A program made the translations under genes and the position numbers. Below are positions 28,178 through 38,656 of a DNA stretch of 64,000 nt, one piece after another (positions within the stretch are counted from its first letter, which is position 1; the number at the start of each line of letters is the position of its first letter). The DNA lies in the NCBI GenBank assembly GCA_963832745.1, contig CAWHVC010000001.1, forward strand, positions 480,001-544,000. The letters run 5' to 3'. The notes under the pieces were generated by a model, which was not told where the DNA came from, made no database searches, and saw nothing but the letters and a program-made list of their open reading frames with translations. The DNA is from Candidatus Bathyarchaeota archaeon. GTDB taxonomy: Archaea > Thermoproteota > Bathyarchaeia > Bathyarchaeales > Bathycorpusculaceae.

Positions 28178-28618
28178 ATGACAAAAATATTGATAGCCTA
28201 CTACACAAAAAGCGGCAACACCGAAAAAATTGCCAAACTAATCGCAGAAGGCGCAAAAACGGTTCCAGGCACAACCGTTGAAGTCAAAAAAGTAGATGCT
28301 ATAAACCCCGCCGAAGCAGCAGAAGCAGACGCATTCGCTTTCGGATCACCAACCTACTTCAGCATGATGTCAGGGCCCATGCTAACACTACTAACTGAAT
28401 TCTTCTTCATCAAAGACAAGTTAGCCAGCAAACCAATGGTAGCATTTTCAACAGGCGCAGGTAGTCAAACACAAGCAACATCAAACATTGAAAGCGTACT
28501 GAAAGTCTTCAACCCAAAACTCCAAGCAGGACTAGCAGTCGGCAACACTATTTCTGCAACTGACGAACAGTTAGCAAAGAAAACAGGCGAAACCTTAGCA
28601 GCTGCCGCAAAGCAATAG
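28178..28618 (+). CDS. Flavodoxin-like protein
   Basis: YYTKSGNTEKIA FMN-binding loop, GSPTYF. Confidence 0.9.
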   Translation: MTKILIAYYTKSGNTEKIAKLIAEGAKTVPGTTVEVKKVDAINPAEAAEADAFAFGSPTYFSMMSGPMLTLLTEFFFIKDKLASKPMVAFSTGAGSQTQATSNIESVLKVFNPKLQAGLAVGNTISATDEQLAKKTGETLAAAAKQ

Positions 28619-28762
28619 GTAGCATATCAACGGCTGAATGAGCTTACAGGGGTTTTAGCAAACTACCCTTCTAAGAAACGCTAATGAACCGCCCACGTTC
28701 ACACCCCTACAGCTCCATCACACAATCACAACTTTCTTTTTTTTTGAAAAAAGCTTTTTAGT

Positions 28763-29971
28763 TTACGTTTTTGGTTCTTTTGTGAATAGCAAGGTTATTG
28801 CAGTAGTAAATGCCATGCAACCAAAAGCGATTCCCATTACATTATACGAGCCTAAAGCTAAAAGCAAAAAGCTTGCTATGGCCGCAGCCACTGTGTTGCC
28901 TAGTTTTGCGAACAAGCTTGTCATTGCCATCATTGTGCTGCGGGATTGAGGAATCTGGTCAAGAGATAGACAACTCAAGGACGCTAACGCTGCGCCAATA
29001 ATGAAAGTGTGCACCGTGTTTACTATTATTCCTGACCATAAATCGGTCGTTTGGAAAACAGCTACCAGCAAAACCGCGTCTATAAGAAAGAAGGTTATGG
29101 CAACTCTTTTCTTTCCAAACCTATCGATTATTCTACCTGCAAAGAGACCCCCTAATCCGATTGTCCCCCCCGACAACATTAGAATCGCTGAACTTTGTGC
29201 CATACTTATCCCATAAGCTTGTTGCCATACTGCTAGTACATACATACCGACAACTGAACCCAGAAGCAATAATTGACCAAGTAGACAAAACAGGGCAGAT
29301 CTGTTGGTTAAAACTGATTTGAAAGCCGTAAGGTAATCAACTTTTAGTGAGGACTCTTTTTTGGCAGTTGGGTTCTTAGGGATGCCGACGTGAGCTATTA
29401 TTAATGATACAATTGCGATTGGAACGGCATAAAACAGAAATGCCCAGCGCCAGCCGCCCATGCTTGTAAGGAAGCCAACGATTGGGGGGCCAATGATGGC
29501 GCTTAGGTAAAAAGAAAATTGGGTGTAGCTTACTGCTTTTGACTTCTTTTTGGTTGGTACAAAATCACCTATGAGTGAGAGCCCAACAACGGTTATTATT
29601 ACTGAACCGATTCCTTCTAAAGCAAAAAATGCTGCCATAACAGTGAAGGATGGGGCAAAAAAGTTGCCTACCGCCGAGATGGCTATGCATACTATACCTG
29701 CTAGGAACAATGTTTTGTGTTTAAATTTGATTGCTAAAAACCCTATCAGGAATGCGACGACGGCTTCGGCGAGGCTGTTAACTGTGCTCAGTTGACCTGC
29801 AAGGCCTATTGTGCTTGGGTTTGCCGAACCAAAAAACGTGATGGCTATATTTGATAGTAATAGGATGAGAATGCCGTTTTCCATAAATGTTGCGAGAAAT
29901 GGAAAAACTACTGAAGGAACAAAAAGTTTCCCCGGTTGCCCTTCTTCAAGCACCGTTGTTTCGGCATGCAT
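28763..29971 (-). CDS. Major facilitator superfamily transporter
   Basis: About 12 TM helices, GRIIDRFGKK motif A, GPPIVGFL...GWRWAF. Confidence 0.9.
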   Translation of the reverse strand: MHAETTVLEEGQPGKLFVPSVVFPFLATFMENGILILLLSNIAITFFGSANPSTIGLAGQLSTVNSLAEAVVAFLIGFLAIKFKHKTLFLAGIVCIAISAVGNFFAPSFTVMAAFFALEGIGSVIITVVGLSLIGDFVPTKKKSKAVSYTQFSFYLSAIIGPPIVGFLTSMGGWRWAFLFYAVPIAIVSLIIAHVGIPKNPTAKKESSLKVDYLTAFKSVLTNRSALFCLLGQLLLLGSVVGMYVLAVWQQAYGISMAQSSAILMLSGGTIGLGGLFAGRIIDRFGKKRVAITFFLIDAVLLVAVFQTTDLWSGIIVNTVHTFIIGAALASLSCLSLDQIPQSRSTMMAMTSLFAKLGNTVAAAIASFLLLALGSYNVMGIAFGCMAFTTAITLLFTKEPKT

Positions 29972-30160
29972 GCCCTACTTAATGCGCCTATTGATATAGC
30001 ATTTGCGGAAAACACAAACATAATTGATAATTCTTTCCCCTGGCAAGGTATTTGTTTATCTATTTTTTTGTTTTTCTTTATTATTCTTTTTTGGCATTTT
30101 ATAAGGTAAAGCCTATAACACTGAAAACCAATCAAAGAACAATAATTTCGGTGAACCTCT

Positions 30161-30721
30161 TTGGATGCTTTGACAGTCGTGCTGATTGCTTTTGGATTAG
30201 CGATGGATGCGTTTGCTGTTTCAATCGCTAATGGCATGACTATTAAAGGTAACCGTAAAAAAGCCGCGTTAATAATTGCGGTTTTCTTTGGGGGTTTCCA
30301 GATGCTTATGCCCGTAATCGGGTGGGCAATAGGATTAAGCTTACAAAGTATAATCATCGCGGTTGACCATTGGATAGCATTCGGGCTGCTAACGTTTATT
30401 GGCGCCAAAATGATTAATGAAGCAGTAAAAAATGACGGCAAAAACGAAGGCGAAAAAACCCTTAAGCTGCACACTCTGCTGACTTTGGCGGTGGCAACAA
30501 GCATAGACGCCTTGATGGTTGGGCTTAGCTTTGCATTTCTTCAAACTTCTATCCTTTTGCCCGTTATAGCAATCGGCGTAGTCACATTTGCACTTTCGTT
30601 TGCTGGCTTCTATTTCGGCGGCTTTCTGGGCAAAACGTTTGGGCATAGAATAGAAATCCTCGGCGGCTTAATCCTAATCGCTATCGGCTTAAGGATTCTG
30701 CTTGAGCACTTATTTGTTTAA
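30161..30721 (+). CDS. mntP: Manganese efflux pump MntP family
   Basis: GLAMDAFAVS and ATSIDAL duplicated motifs, DHWIAFGLL. Confidence 0.92.
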   Translation: MDALTVVLIAFGLAMDAFAVSIANGMTIKGNRKKAALIIAVFFGGFQMLMPVIGWAIGLSLQSIIIAVDHWIAFGLLTFIGAKMINEAVKNDGKNEGEKTLKLHTLLTLAVATSIDALMVGLSFAFLQTSILLPVIAIGVVTFALSFAGFYFGGFLGKTFGHRIEILGGLILIAIGLRILLEHLFV

Positions 30722-32326
30722 TTTTTTATGCGAAAACTCGTCACGCATTTGCATTTCTCTGCGTTTACGGTTATAGCCCAAGGAGAAGTCGTGTGTGGCG
30801 TCTCGGATTTGGCGGATGAGCAGCATCATGCGGCTGTTCTTGTCAAGCTGAATCGGCTCTGGTACGTTTGGCTTGTAAATTTCTTCGTTTTCCTTTGCCA
30901 AACCAATCATTGGAATCTTGAGGTTTAGCGTGTTGAGTGCGGCTTGGGCAGCGCTTACCTGTCCAGGTCCACCGTCAATAATGATGAGGTCTGGCATTTG
31001 GACGTTTTCTTCTTTTAACCGTTTGTACCGGCGTGTAACGACTTCGTTCATTGAAGCAAAATCGTCCTGTCCCACGACGGTTTTGATTTTGAATTTGCGA
31101 TAATTCTTCTTATCCGGCTTAGCATCGGTAAATCGTACCATGCCTGAAACAACGTGTTCTTGCCCCAAGTTGGAAATATCAAAACATTCAATCACCCGAG
31201 GCAGCCGTGGCAGTTCAAGGGCGGTTTGCAGGTCAACTAAGGCGTTGTTGCCGGTTAAGCTGGATTGCAGGTTCTTTTCAGCTAACTGAACAAGACCTAA
31301 CTTGTTACCTCTTTTAGGAACCGTCAACGTTACAGGCGCCAACCGTTTTGCATAAAGGAACTCTTCCAATGCGGCTTTTTCATCGGTGTCTTGCCAGCAA
31401 GGCTTGTTAAGCAAAATTTCCCTTGGAATCTGATTAACGCCGTAAAATGCTTTCAGAAACTCCTGTTCCACTTGAGGTTGACGATCAACACTGAACTCTT
31501 TTTTGCCAAGCAGCACGCCTTTACGCAGCCCCATCTGGATGATGTGTATCTTATCGCCTTCCTGGCAGAAAGCCATCGCATCTTGGTCAAATCGGCGTTC
31601 ATTATCAACAATTTGCCTTTGTGTCAGCAACCGTATTGAAGCCATCTGATTCCGCAACTCTAAAGCGCGTTCAAATTTTTGCTCTTTAGATGCTTGCTGC
31701 ATCTGCTCATCTAAAAGATGCAGTGTACGGTCGAATTTGCCCTCCAAAAACATCCGTGCATTCTTAACCTGTTCAGCATACTGCTCTTTGGAAACCTTTT
31801 CCACGCATGGCGCAGTGCAATTGCCAATGTGGTAATGCAGGCAGGCGCGTTTGTGCATGTTTTTGCAAGTGCGAAGCTTGAAAACTTTGGTTACGAGACG
31901 TTGCAGGTCTTGGCGTGTGTAGCCTTCCGTATAGGGTCCAAAAGATTCAAGTTTAGATGAGACTTTGCGGCTTGTTAGTATGCGTGGGTATTCTTCGCGG
32001 GTTAATGCGATGTAGGCATAGGTTTTGGCGTCTTTAAGGTTAATGTTGTATTTTGGCGTGTGCTGTTTGATTAGTTTGTTTTCTAAAAGTAGGGCTTCGA
32101 CTTCGTTGTTGACAAGGATGAAGTCAATGTTGCGGATTTTTGAAACCAACTGACGTGTTTTAGGCGGCTGGTCAATGCTTGCAAAATAATTTTTGACCCG
32201 TGAACGCAGATTCTTAGCTTTGCCAACATAGAGTATTTCTCCTTCGTCGTTTTTGAAGAGGTAGACTCCGGGGTTGACTGGAACATCTGCGCCTTTGAAT
32301 TCTGACGGGTCATTTATGTGGATCAT
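30710..32326 (-). CDS. uvrC: Excinuclease ABC subunit C
   Basis: GIY-YIG (PGVYLF...LYVGKAKNLR), Cys cluster, UVR domain, IECFDISN, LIIIDGG. The C-terminal HhH domain appears absent. Confidence 0.95.
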   Translation of the reverse strand: MIHINDPSEFKGADVPVNPGVYLFKNDEGEILYVGKAKNLRSRVKNYFASIDQPPKTRQLVSKIRNIDFILVNNEVEALLLENKLIKQHTPKYNINLKDAKTYAYIALTREEYPRILTSRKVSSKLESFGPYTEGYTRQDLQRLVTKVFKLRTCKNMHKRACLHYHIGNCTAPCVEKVSKEQYAEQVKNARMFLEGKFDRTLHLLDEQMQQASKEQKFERALELRNQMASIRLLTQRQIVDNERRFDQDAMAFCQEGDKIHIIQMGLRKGVLLGKKEFSVDRQPQVEQEFLKAFYGVNQIPREILLNKPCWQDTDEKAALEEFLYAKRLAPVTLTVPKRGNKLGLVQLAEKNLQSSLTGNNALVDLQTALELPRLPRVIECFDISNLGQEHVVSGMVRFTDAKPDKKNYRKFKIKTVVGQDDFASMNEVVTRRYKRLKEENVQMPDLIIIDGGPGQVSAAQAALNTLNLKIPMIGLAKENEEIYKPNVPEPIQLDKNSRMMLLIRQIRDATHDFSLGYNRKRREMQMRDEFSHKKLNK

Positions 32327-35214
32327 GCAGTTTGCTTCTCTGACGAATCTACATGTTGATGGTTAAGTATTTTTTCCAAAAACTGTCCCGTGTAAGAGTC
32401 CTTAACTTTGGAGACGTTTTCTGGTGTACCTTCTGCAAGTAGGCGTCCGCCTGCCGCTCCGCCTTCAGGACCGAGGTCAACGAGGTAGTCGCAGCTTTTG
32501 ATGACGTCAAGGTTGTGTTCGATGATGAAAACTGTGTTGCCGTTGTCTACAAGGCGGTTTAGGACTGTAATGAGACGTTTGGTATCGTCAAAGTGCAGGC
32601 CAGTGGTGGGTTCGTCAAGCATGTAAACTACGTGCCCCTGCTTGTTTTTGCTAAGTTCTCTAGTGATTTTGATGCGTTGGCTTTCTCCACCCGACAATGT
32701 CGTAGAACTTTGCCCCAACTTAATGTAGCCAAGCCCGACGTCCTCTAAGGTTTTGAGTTTGCGAGCTATGCGTGGCGTATTCTCAAAAAACTTCACTGCT
32801 TCTTCAACGGTCATGTCAAGGATTTCAGCAATATTTTTGCCTTTGTAGAGTACAGCAAGGGTTTCTTTGTTGTAACGTTTGCCTTTGCATTCACTGCATT
32901 GAACATAAACGTCGGGTAGAAAGTTCATTTCTATGCGGATTACTCCGTCGCCTTGACAGTTTTCGCATCTGCCACCTTTAACGTTGAAGCTGAAGCGTCC
33001 TTCTTTGTAGCCGCGTGCTTTGGCTTCTTTTGTGGAAGCAAAGATTTTGCGGATTTCGTCAAAAAGTTTGGTATAAGTAGCCGGGTTGCTACGTGGTGTT
33101 CTGCCGATTGGGTCTTGATCGATAACTATGACATTGCGTACAACCTCTGGGACTAATATGTTGTCGTGTTTGCCGATTTTGTCGACGCGCTCGCCGAAGA
33201 TTTGACGCAGCCGTGGAATAACAGTGAGGTTCATTAGCGTGCTTTTGCCTGACCCAGAGACGCCTGTGATGCCACACAAAACGCCCAATGGCAATTGGAC
33301 GTTTAGGTTTTTGAGATTGTTTTCTTGTGCACCTTTAACGGTGATGTAGCCAATGGGTTGGCGGCGTTCCTGTGGAACCTCAATTTTTAATTCCCCGCTA
33401 AGGTATTTGCCTGTTAAGCTGCGTTTGTTCGCCATAACCTCCTTGGGCGAGCCTTCTGCAACGATGAAGCCACCATGGACTCCTGCGCCGGGTCCCATGT
33501 CTACAATGTAGTCTGCACTACGCATGGTTTCTTCGTCATGTTCCACCACGATTAGGGTGTTACCGAGGTCACGAAGCCGATGCAGGGTGCTGATTAACTT
33601 CGTGTTGTCTCGTTGGTGCAAGCCGATGCTGGGTTCGTCAAGAATGTACAGAACGCCCATGAGATTGCTGCCGATTTGGGTGGCTAGGCGGATTCTTTGT
33701 GCTTCTCCGCCTGACAAGGTTTTGGCTGCACGTGAAAGGGAAAGATAACCTAAGCCCACATTGGTTAAGAAGCCGAGGCGCGCGTTGATTTCTTTTAGCA
33801 CCTGTTTGGCGATTGCTGTTTCTTTCTCGTTAAGCTTCGCGGGGAGGTCAAGGAAGAATTCGCCTGCTTTCTCGATGGACAAGTCGGTCACGTCGATGAT
33901 GCTTTTGCCCTGAATTTGAACCGCCAAAACGACTGGTTGCAAACGTTTGCCGTGGCAGCTGCCGCAGGGTCGGCTTTTCATGAATTTCTCAATATCCTGT
34001 TTACGCCATTCGCTTTCAGTTTGGCGGTAAAGCCGCATGGTTTGAGGTATTACGCCTTCCCAGCCTTCACGCATCCACATGCTGGCGCCGTTTGACCAAC
34101 TACCGTTGATAGGTTCATGGTCACCATGGAGCAGTACATGAAGCTGTTTTTCGGTGAATTCGCTTATGGGTGTAAATACGTCAAACCCATGCTTTTTGCC
34201 TACCATTGCTAATTGCTGTGCTCGCCATGACAGATCCATTTTGCCGTAAACTTCCAAGGCACCATCCATTATAGATTTGGATTTATCTGGAATAACAAGT
34301 TCTTCGGAAACTTCGGTGATTTCGCCGAGGCCATGGCAGGTTGAACATGCGCCAAACGGTGAGTTGAAGCTGAACATGCGGGGTTCAAGACTTTCAAAAA
34401 CGATTTCAGGATGATTGGGGCAGGCTCCAAAAGTGCTGAACATTGTTTCGCCTTCGAAGCGTTCGAGCTCCCGTTTTTCGCCGACCTCTTTTTCAGCGTC
34501 GATAACTATGATTGTTCCTTTGCCCGTTTGCAGTGCCTGCTCGACGGCTTCTGCAATTCTTTGCCGTTCCTCATCACTGATTTTTACGGTATCGATGACT
34601 GCTTCGATCCAGTGCTTTTCATACCGCACCAGCTTGACTTCCTCTTTGATGCTGTCTGATTCGTAAATTTTTTGGTCGACACGGATTTTGGTGAAGCCCT
34701 GCTTTTTTAGTTCTTCGAAGATTTGTTCGTGGGTGCCTTTCATGCCTCGGATGATTGGGGCAAGGAACACGAGCGTTTTGCCTTTTTCTTGCATGATTAG
34801 GCTGGTGATGTTTTCTGGGCTTTGTGGATGGATGCTGCTTCCACATTTGGGGCAGTGGTGTGTGCCGATGCGTGCAAAGAGTAGTCTTAAGTAATCGTAG
34901 ATTTCGGTGACTGTGCCTACGGTGCTGCGTGGGTTTTTGCTTGTGCTCTTCTGTTCAATGCTGATGGCTGGCGATAAGCCATCGATTGAGTCCACGTCTG
35001 GTTTATCCATTAAACCCAAAAATTGTCGTGCGTAAGCGCTGAGGCTTTCAACATAGCGTCTTTGGCCTTCAGCGTAGATAGTGTCAAACGCAAGAGTTGA
35101 CTTGCCGCTGCCTGACAACCCAGTAACCACTATCAACTTGTTTCTGGGCAATTCCAAATCAATGTTCTTCAGGTTATGCTCTCTTGCGCCTTTAACAGAA
35201 ATAGAGTCTCTCAT
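32323..35214 (-). CDS. uvrA: Excinuclease ABC subunit A
   Basis: GAREHNLKN, two GxSGSGKS Walker A motifs, LSGGEAQR/LSGGESQR, zinc fingers. Confidence 0.98.
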   Translation of the reverse strand: MRDSISVKGAREHNLKNIDLELPRNKLIVVTGLSGSGKSTLAFDTIYAEGQRRYVESLSAYARQFLGLMDKPDVDSIDGLSPAISIEQKSTSKNPRSTVGTVTEIYDYLRLLFARIGTHHCPKCGSSIHPQSPENITSLIMQEKGKTLVFLAPIIRGMKGTHEQIFEELKKQGFTKIRVDQKIYESDSIKEEVKLVRYEKHWIEAVIDTVKISDEERQRIAEAVEQALQTGKGTIIVIDAEKEVGEKRELERFEGETMFSTFGACPNHPEIVFESLEPRMFSFNSPFGACSTCHGLGEITEVSEELVIPDKSKSIMDGALEVYGKMDLSWRAQQLAMVGKKHGFDVFTPISEFTEKQLHVLLHGDHEPINGSWSNGASMWMREGWEGVIPQTMRLYRQTESEWRKQDIEKFMKSRPCGSCHGKRLQPVVLAVQIQGKSIIDVTDLSIEKAGEFFLDLPAKLNEKETAIAKQVLKEINARLGFLTNVGLGYLSLSRAAKTLSGGEAQRIRLATQIGSNLMGVLYILDEPSIGLHQRDNTKLISTLHRLRDLGNTLIVVEHDEETMRSADYIVDMGPGAGVHGGFIVAEGSPKEVMANKRSLTGKYLSGELKIEVPQERRQPIGYITVKGAQENNLKNLNVQLPLGVLCGITGVSGSGKSTLMNLTVIPRLRQIFGERVDKIGKHDNILVPEVVRNVIVIDQDPIGRTPRSNPATYTKLFDEIRKIFASTKEAKARGYKEGRFSFNVKGGRCENCQGDGVIRIEMNFLPDVYVQCSECKGKRYNKETLAVLYKGKNIAEILDMTVEEAVKFFENTPRIARKLKTLEDVGLGYIKLGQSSTTLSGGESQRIKITRELSKNKQGHVVYMLDEPTTGLHFDDTKRLITVLNRLVDNGNTVFIIEHNLDVIKSCDYLVDLGPEGGAAGGRLLAEGTPENVSKVKDSYTGQFLEKILNHQHVDSSEKQTA

Positions 35215-35258
35215 AACTCCCTACCCTAAATCCTAAGCCCAAATCCGCCTCTCCCTTT

Positions 35259-37238
35259 TCAACTTTGTTGCGTCGAACCTGCAAAATTCTCTGCTTTCTG
35301 CTCATGTTTCTGCTTCTCAGCCAAATCCCGAGTCAACCCGTTCATGGCATCACGCAATTCAATAGCTTTCTCGAAATCCAGCTTCTCAGCGGCTTCACGC
35401 ATCTTCGCATCCAACTCAATAATTTGGCGTTGAATGTCCGATTTGGCCAGATGCTTGGTGCCTTTGATGACGCCTTCTTTCTCTGAAACTTTCTTGACGA
35501 TTGTCTGCGGGGTTATGCCGTGGACTTGGTTGTAACGTTGCTGGAATTTACGGCGGTAACTGGTGATTTCCATTGCTCGTTTGATGGATTGAGTTTTGAC
35601 GTCCGCGTAAAGGATGACTCTACCGTTTTCGTTTCTGGCTGCTCTGCCGATTGTTTGGATTAAGCTGCGTTCGTCACGCAGGAAACCTTCTTTGTCAGCA
35701 TCAAGAATGAATATGGTTGCGACTTCAGGAATATCTAAGCCTTCCCTTAGCAGGTTAATCCCAACAAGAATGTCAAAATCGCCGATACGTAATTGCCTTA
35801 CAAGTTCAATGCGGTCAAGGCTGTCGATTTCGCTATGCATGTAACGTACTCGGAAGCCTTCTTTGACAAGGTAGTCGGCGAGGTCTTCAGCCATACGTTT
35901 CGTCAAAGTTGTAACCAAGACTCGGTTGCCCTGCTCAATGGTTTTTTTTGCTTCCTGCATGAGATGCTTCATTTGTCCCTCGATTGGGTGCAACTCTATT
36001 TCAGGGTCCAAAAGCCCTGTGGGTCTTGTGATTAATTCAACTGCTGGGCCGCTCTTTTGCAGTTCGTACTGGGCGGGGGTTGCGGAGACAAACAGGGTTT
36101 TGCCCATTTTCTTTTCAAACTCGTCAAACTTAAGCGGGCGATTATCGAGTGCACTTGGGAGACGGAAACCGAAGTCTACAAGGTTCTTTTTACGTGAATA
36201 GTCGCCGTTATACATTGCGTGTGCTTGAGGGATTGTTTGGTGGCTTTCATCAATAATTAAGAGGTAGTCTTTGGGGAAGTAATCCATCAAAGTGAATGGT
36301 GGTTCGCCTTCTTCTCTTCCATCAAAATGGCGGCTGTAATTTTCGATTCCCGCGCAAAAGCCCAACTCCTTTATCATTTCAAGGTCATAGTTTACGCGTT
36401 GCTTAAGCCGCTGTGCTTCCAACGGTGGCAGAACTTCAAGGCGTTCTTCGAGTTCTTGACGGATTTGGGCGATGGCTCGTTCATGCTTCTCTTGAGGCAC
36501 CACGTACTGCCTTGCAGGGTAAATGGTGACTCGATCAATCGAAACTTTAACGTCGCCTGTTACTGCATTAACTTCCTTAATCTTCTTAACTTTGCTGCCT
36601 TCAAATTCGACACGAATAATGTCTTTCTCGTAAGCTGGAACAATATCAACCGTATCGCCGCGGACACGAAAACGTCCTGGCTCCAAAAAAGTGTCGTCCC
36701 GTTCGTACTGCATGTCAACGAGGCTGCCGATTAAACCTTGGCGGCTCAGTTCTCTGCCGACTTGCAGGTCAACTGCGAGGCTTTTGAAGTCTTCAGGGTT
36801 GCCTAAGCTGTAAATGCAGCTGATGCTGGCAACGATGATGGTGTCGTTTCGGCTTACAATGCTTGATACGGCGTGCATGCGCATTTTTTCTATTTGCTCA
36901 TTAACGGTTGAGTCTTTTTCTATGTACATGTCCTGAGCTGGCAAGTAAGACTCGGGCTGGTAATAATCATAAAAGCTGATGAAGTATTCTACGCGGTTGT
37001 TTGGGAAGAACTGTTTCAGTTCGGCGTAAAGTTGGGCCGCCAAGATTTTGTTATGGGCAATTATGAGCGTGGGTTTTTGGAGGCGGTTAATCACATTTGC
37101 CATTACATATGTTTTGCCGCTTCCAGTGATGCCCAACAGGGTTTGTTTTTCTTTTTTCTTGTAATTTTCTATTAGTTGGTTTACTGCGTTTTCTTGACCT
37201 GGCGAAATTTTGAAGGGTGAAACTAGCTCAAACTGCAT
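35259..37238 (-). CDS. uvrB: Excinuclease ABC subunit B
   Basis: GITGSGKT, YDYYQPE, IDESH, SATP, QTIGRAAR, C-terminal UVR. Confidence 0.98.
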   Translation of the reverse strand: MQFELVSPFKISPGQENAVNQLIENYKKKEKQTLLGITGSGKTYVMANVINRLQKPTLIIAHNKILAAQLYAELKQFFPNNRVEYFISFYDYYQPESYLPAQDMYIEKDSTVNEQIEKMRMHAVSSIVSRNDTIIVASISCIYSLGNPEDFKSLAVDLQVGRELSRQGLIGSLVDMQYERDDTFLEPGRFRVRGDTVDIVPAYEKDIIRVEFEGSKVKKIKEVNAVTGDVKVSIDRVTIYPARQYVVPQEKHERAIAQIRQELEERLEVLPPLEAQRLKQRVNYDLEMIKELGFCAGIENYSRHFDGREEGEPPFTLMDYFPKDYLLIIDESHQTIPQAHAMYNGDYSRKKNLVDFGFRLPSALDNRPLKFDEFEKKMGKTLFVSATPAQYELQKSGPAVELITRPTGLLDPEIELHPIEGQMKHLMQEAKKTIEQGNRVLVTTLTKRMAEDLADYLVKEGFRVRYMHSEIDSLDRIELVRQLRIGDFDILVGINLLREGLDIPEVATIFILDADKEGFLRDERSLIQTIGRAARNENGRVILYADVKTQSIKRAMEITSYRRKFQQRYNQVHGITPQTIVKKVSEKEGVIKGTKHLAKSDIQRQIIELDAKMREAAEKLDFEKAIELRDAMNGLTRDLAEKQKHEQKAENFAGSTQQS

Positions 37239-37416
37239 GCTTTACGCCTAAACTACAAGTAGAAATCGTTAACAAAACGCGTTTAAGAACTTATTATACA
37301 TTGTTTTGTAAAATCCACATTTGAAACATACAGTTAACAAGAAGTCAACATGATTTTTTTGGGTTAAAACGATAAAAAACTAAATAAGTTGTAACGGGGC
37401 ACAGTATAGTTAGGAG

Positions 37417-37749
37417 TTGCCTGTTTTGGAAGAACCCTTTATCGCAGTTTTAAACGAATCTGAACTTAACGAAGGCACAATGAAAGGAGTAGTTGCTGAC
37501 GGAACACCCGTACTATTAATTAAAAAAGATGGAAAAATCTACGCTTACGATGACCGTTGCCCGCATCAGCAATGCCAACTTTCTGGCGGTGAACTCCTGA
37601 AATCAACTGTAGTTTGCCCCTGTCACGAATGGGCATTCAAAATAGAAACAGGCGAATTCACCGTCGAACCAGCAATTACATTAACCGTTTTTGAATGCAA
37701 AGTTATAGACGGCAAAATCTACGTTAAACCGGAGATAAATCCTCAATGA
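37417..37749 (+). CDS. Rieske-type [2Fe-2S] ferredoxin
   Basis: CPH...CPCH ligand motifs. Confidence 0.9.
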   Translation: MPVLEEPFIAVLNESELNEGTMKGVVADGTPVLLIKKDGKIYAYDDRCPHQQCQLSGGELLKSTVVCPCHEWAFKIETGEFTVEPAITLTVFECKVIDGKIYVKPEINPQ

Positions 37750-38282
37750 AAAATGCACTACTAATTTTCCATTCAAACACAGGAAACACCCAGAAAGTAG
37801 CCAATGCCATAAAAGAGGGCTTAGAAGCTGGCGGCGTCACAGTTGAAATGAAAACGCCCAAAGAAGCAGTTGATCTTGATTTTTACGCTTACGACCTTGT
37901 CTGTGTAGGTTCCCCATCGATTTCTTGGCAACCAGCCAAATCCATTACTGATTTGATGACTGCTAAAATGAACAAGTACCGTGATGAAGGCAAAATCAAG
38001 CCATCCGCACCCAAAGTGCCGGGGAAAAACGCCATGATTTTTGTTACTTATTCGGGGCCTCATACTGGCGCTGATGAGGCAACACCAGTCGGCAAAGTGT
38101 TGGGGCAATATTTTGAGCATTGGGGCTTTGCGGTGCTTGAAGAAATGTATGTGTTATGCGAGTTTGTTGGAAGGGAAGATTTGAGCACGCAGGGCAGAAT
38201 GGGCGACATCAGAGGCAAACCAACCGCTGAAGAATTGGAAAAAGTGAAAAGTGACGCTCAAAAACTGGCACAGCGGTTATAG
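37746..38282 (+). CDS. Flavodoxin family protein
   Basis: HSNTGNTQKVA, VGSPS, TYSGPHTG; ATGA overlap with the Rieske gene. Confidence 0.88.
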   Translation: MKNALLIFHSNTGNTQKVANAIKEGLEAGGVTVEMKTPKEAVDLDFYAYDLVCVGSPSISWQPAKSITDLMTAKMNKYRDEGKIKPSAPKVPGKNAMIFVTYSGPHTGADEATPVGKVLGQYFEHWGFAVLEEMYVLCEFVGREDLSTQGRMGDIRGKPTAEELEKVKSDAQKLAQRL

Positions 38283-38293
38283 AGGCTTTTTGT

Positions 38294-38569
38294 ATGACTA
38301 AAAGTTTAGAGTTGCCTTTGCAGGTTTACGAGGAACTTGTCAGAACCTCTGAAGAATTGTCTTTGATGGCTAAAAAAACAGTCTCCACGGCTATGGCAAT
38401 TGAAATGCTTATCGAAGTATACCGAGCACACATGAGTGACCCCTGCGCCTTGGACAAATTCAGTATGCAATTAAAAATTGCAAACTTGATGACTCCAAAA
38501 GAGTTCGAGCAGTACTGGGACGAACCAGAAAAACCCCAAACAGCCAAACCTAAGGCAAACAAAAAATAA
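38294..38569 (+). CDS. Hypothetical protein, possible N-terminal RHH fold
   Basis: KSLELPLQVYEEL beta-helix-helix pattern; follows the flavodoxin gene after 11 nt. Confidence 0.6.
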   Translation: MTKSLELPLQVYEELVRTSEELSLMAKKTVSTAMAIEMLIEVYRAHMSDPCALDKFSMQLKIANLMTPKEFEQYWDEPEKPQTAKPKANKK

Positions 38570-38656
38570 CTTCTTTTTGTGGGCTCAATTTGTGACAACA
38601 CATCTTTAACAGGTGTTTAGTTGTCTTTATTGTTTTAAAAAAATAGGTGAACAGAA

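Noticed and set aside
28634-28680. Hammerhead ribozyme or c-di-AMP riboswitch (CTGAATGA...GAAAC)
   Set aside because: The core does not fit CUGANGA and the required helices or conserved motifs could not be built.
29972-30160. yybP-ykoY Mn riboswitch upstream of mntP
   Set aside because: No GGGGAGUA-type conserved core seen; the region is AT-rich promoter DNA.
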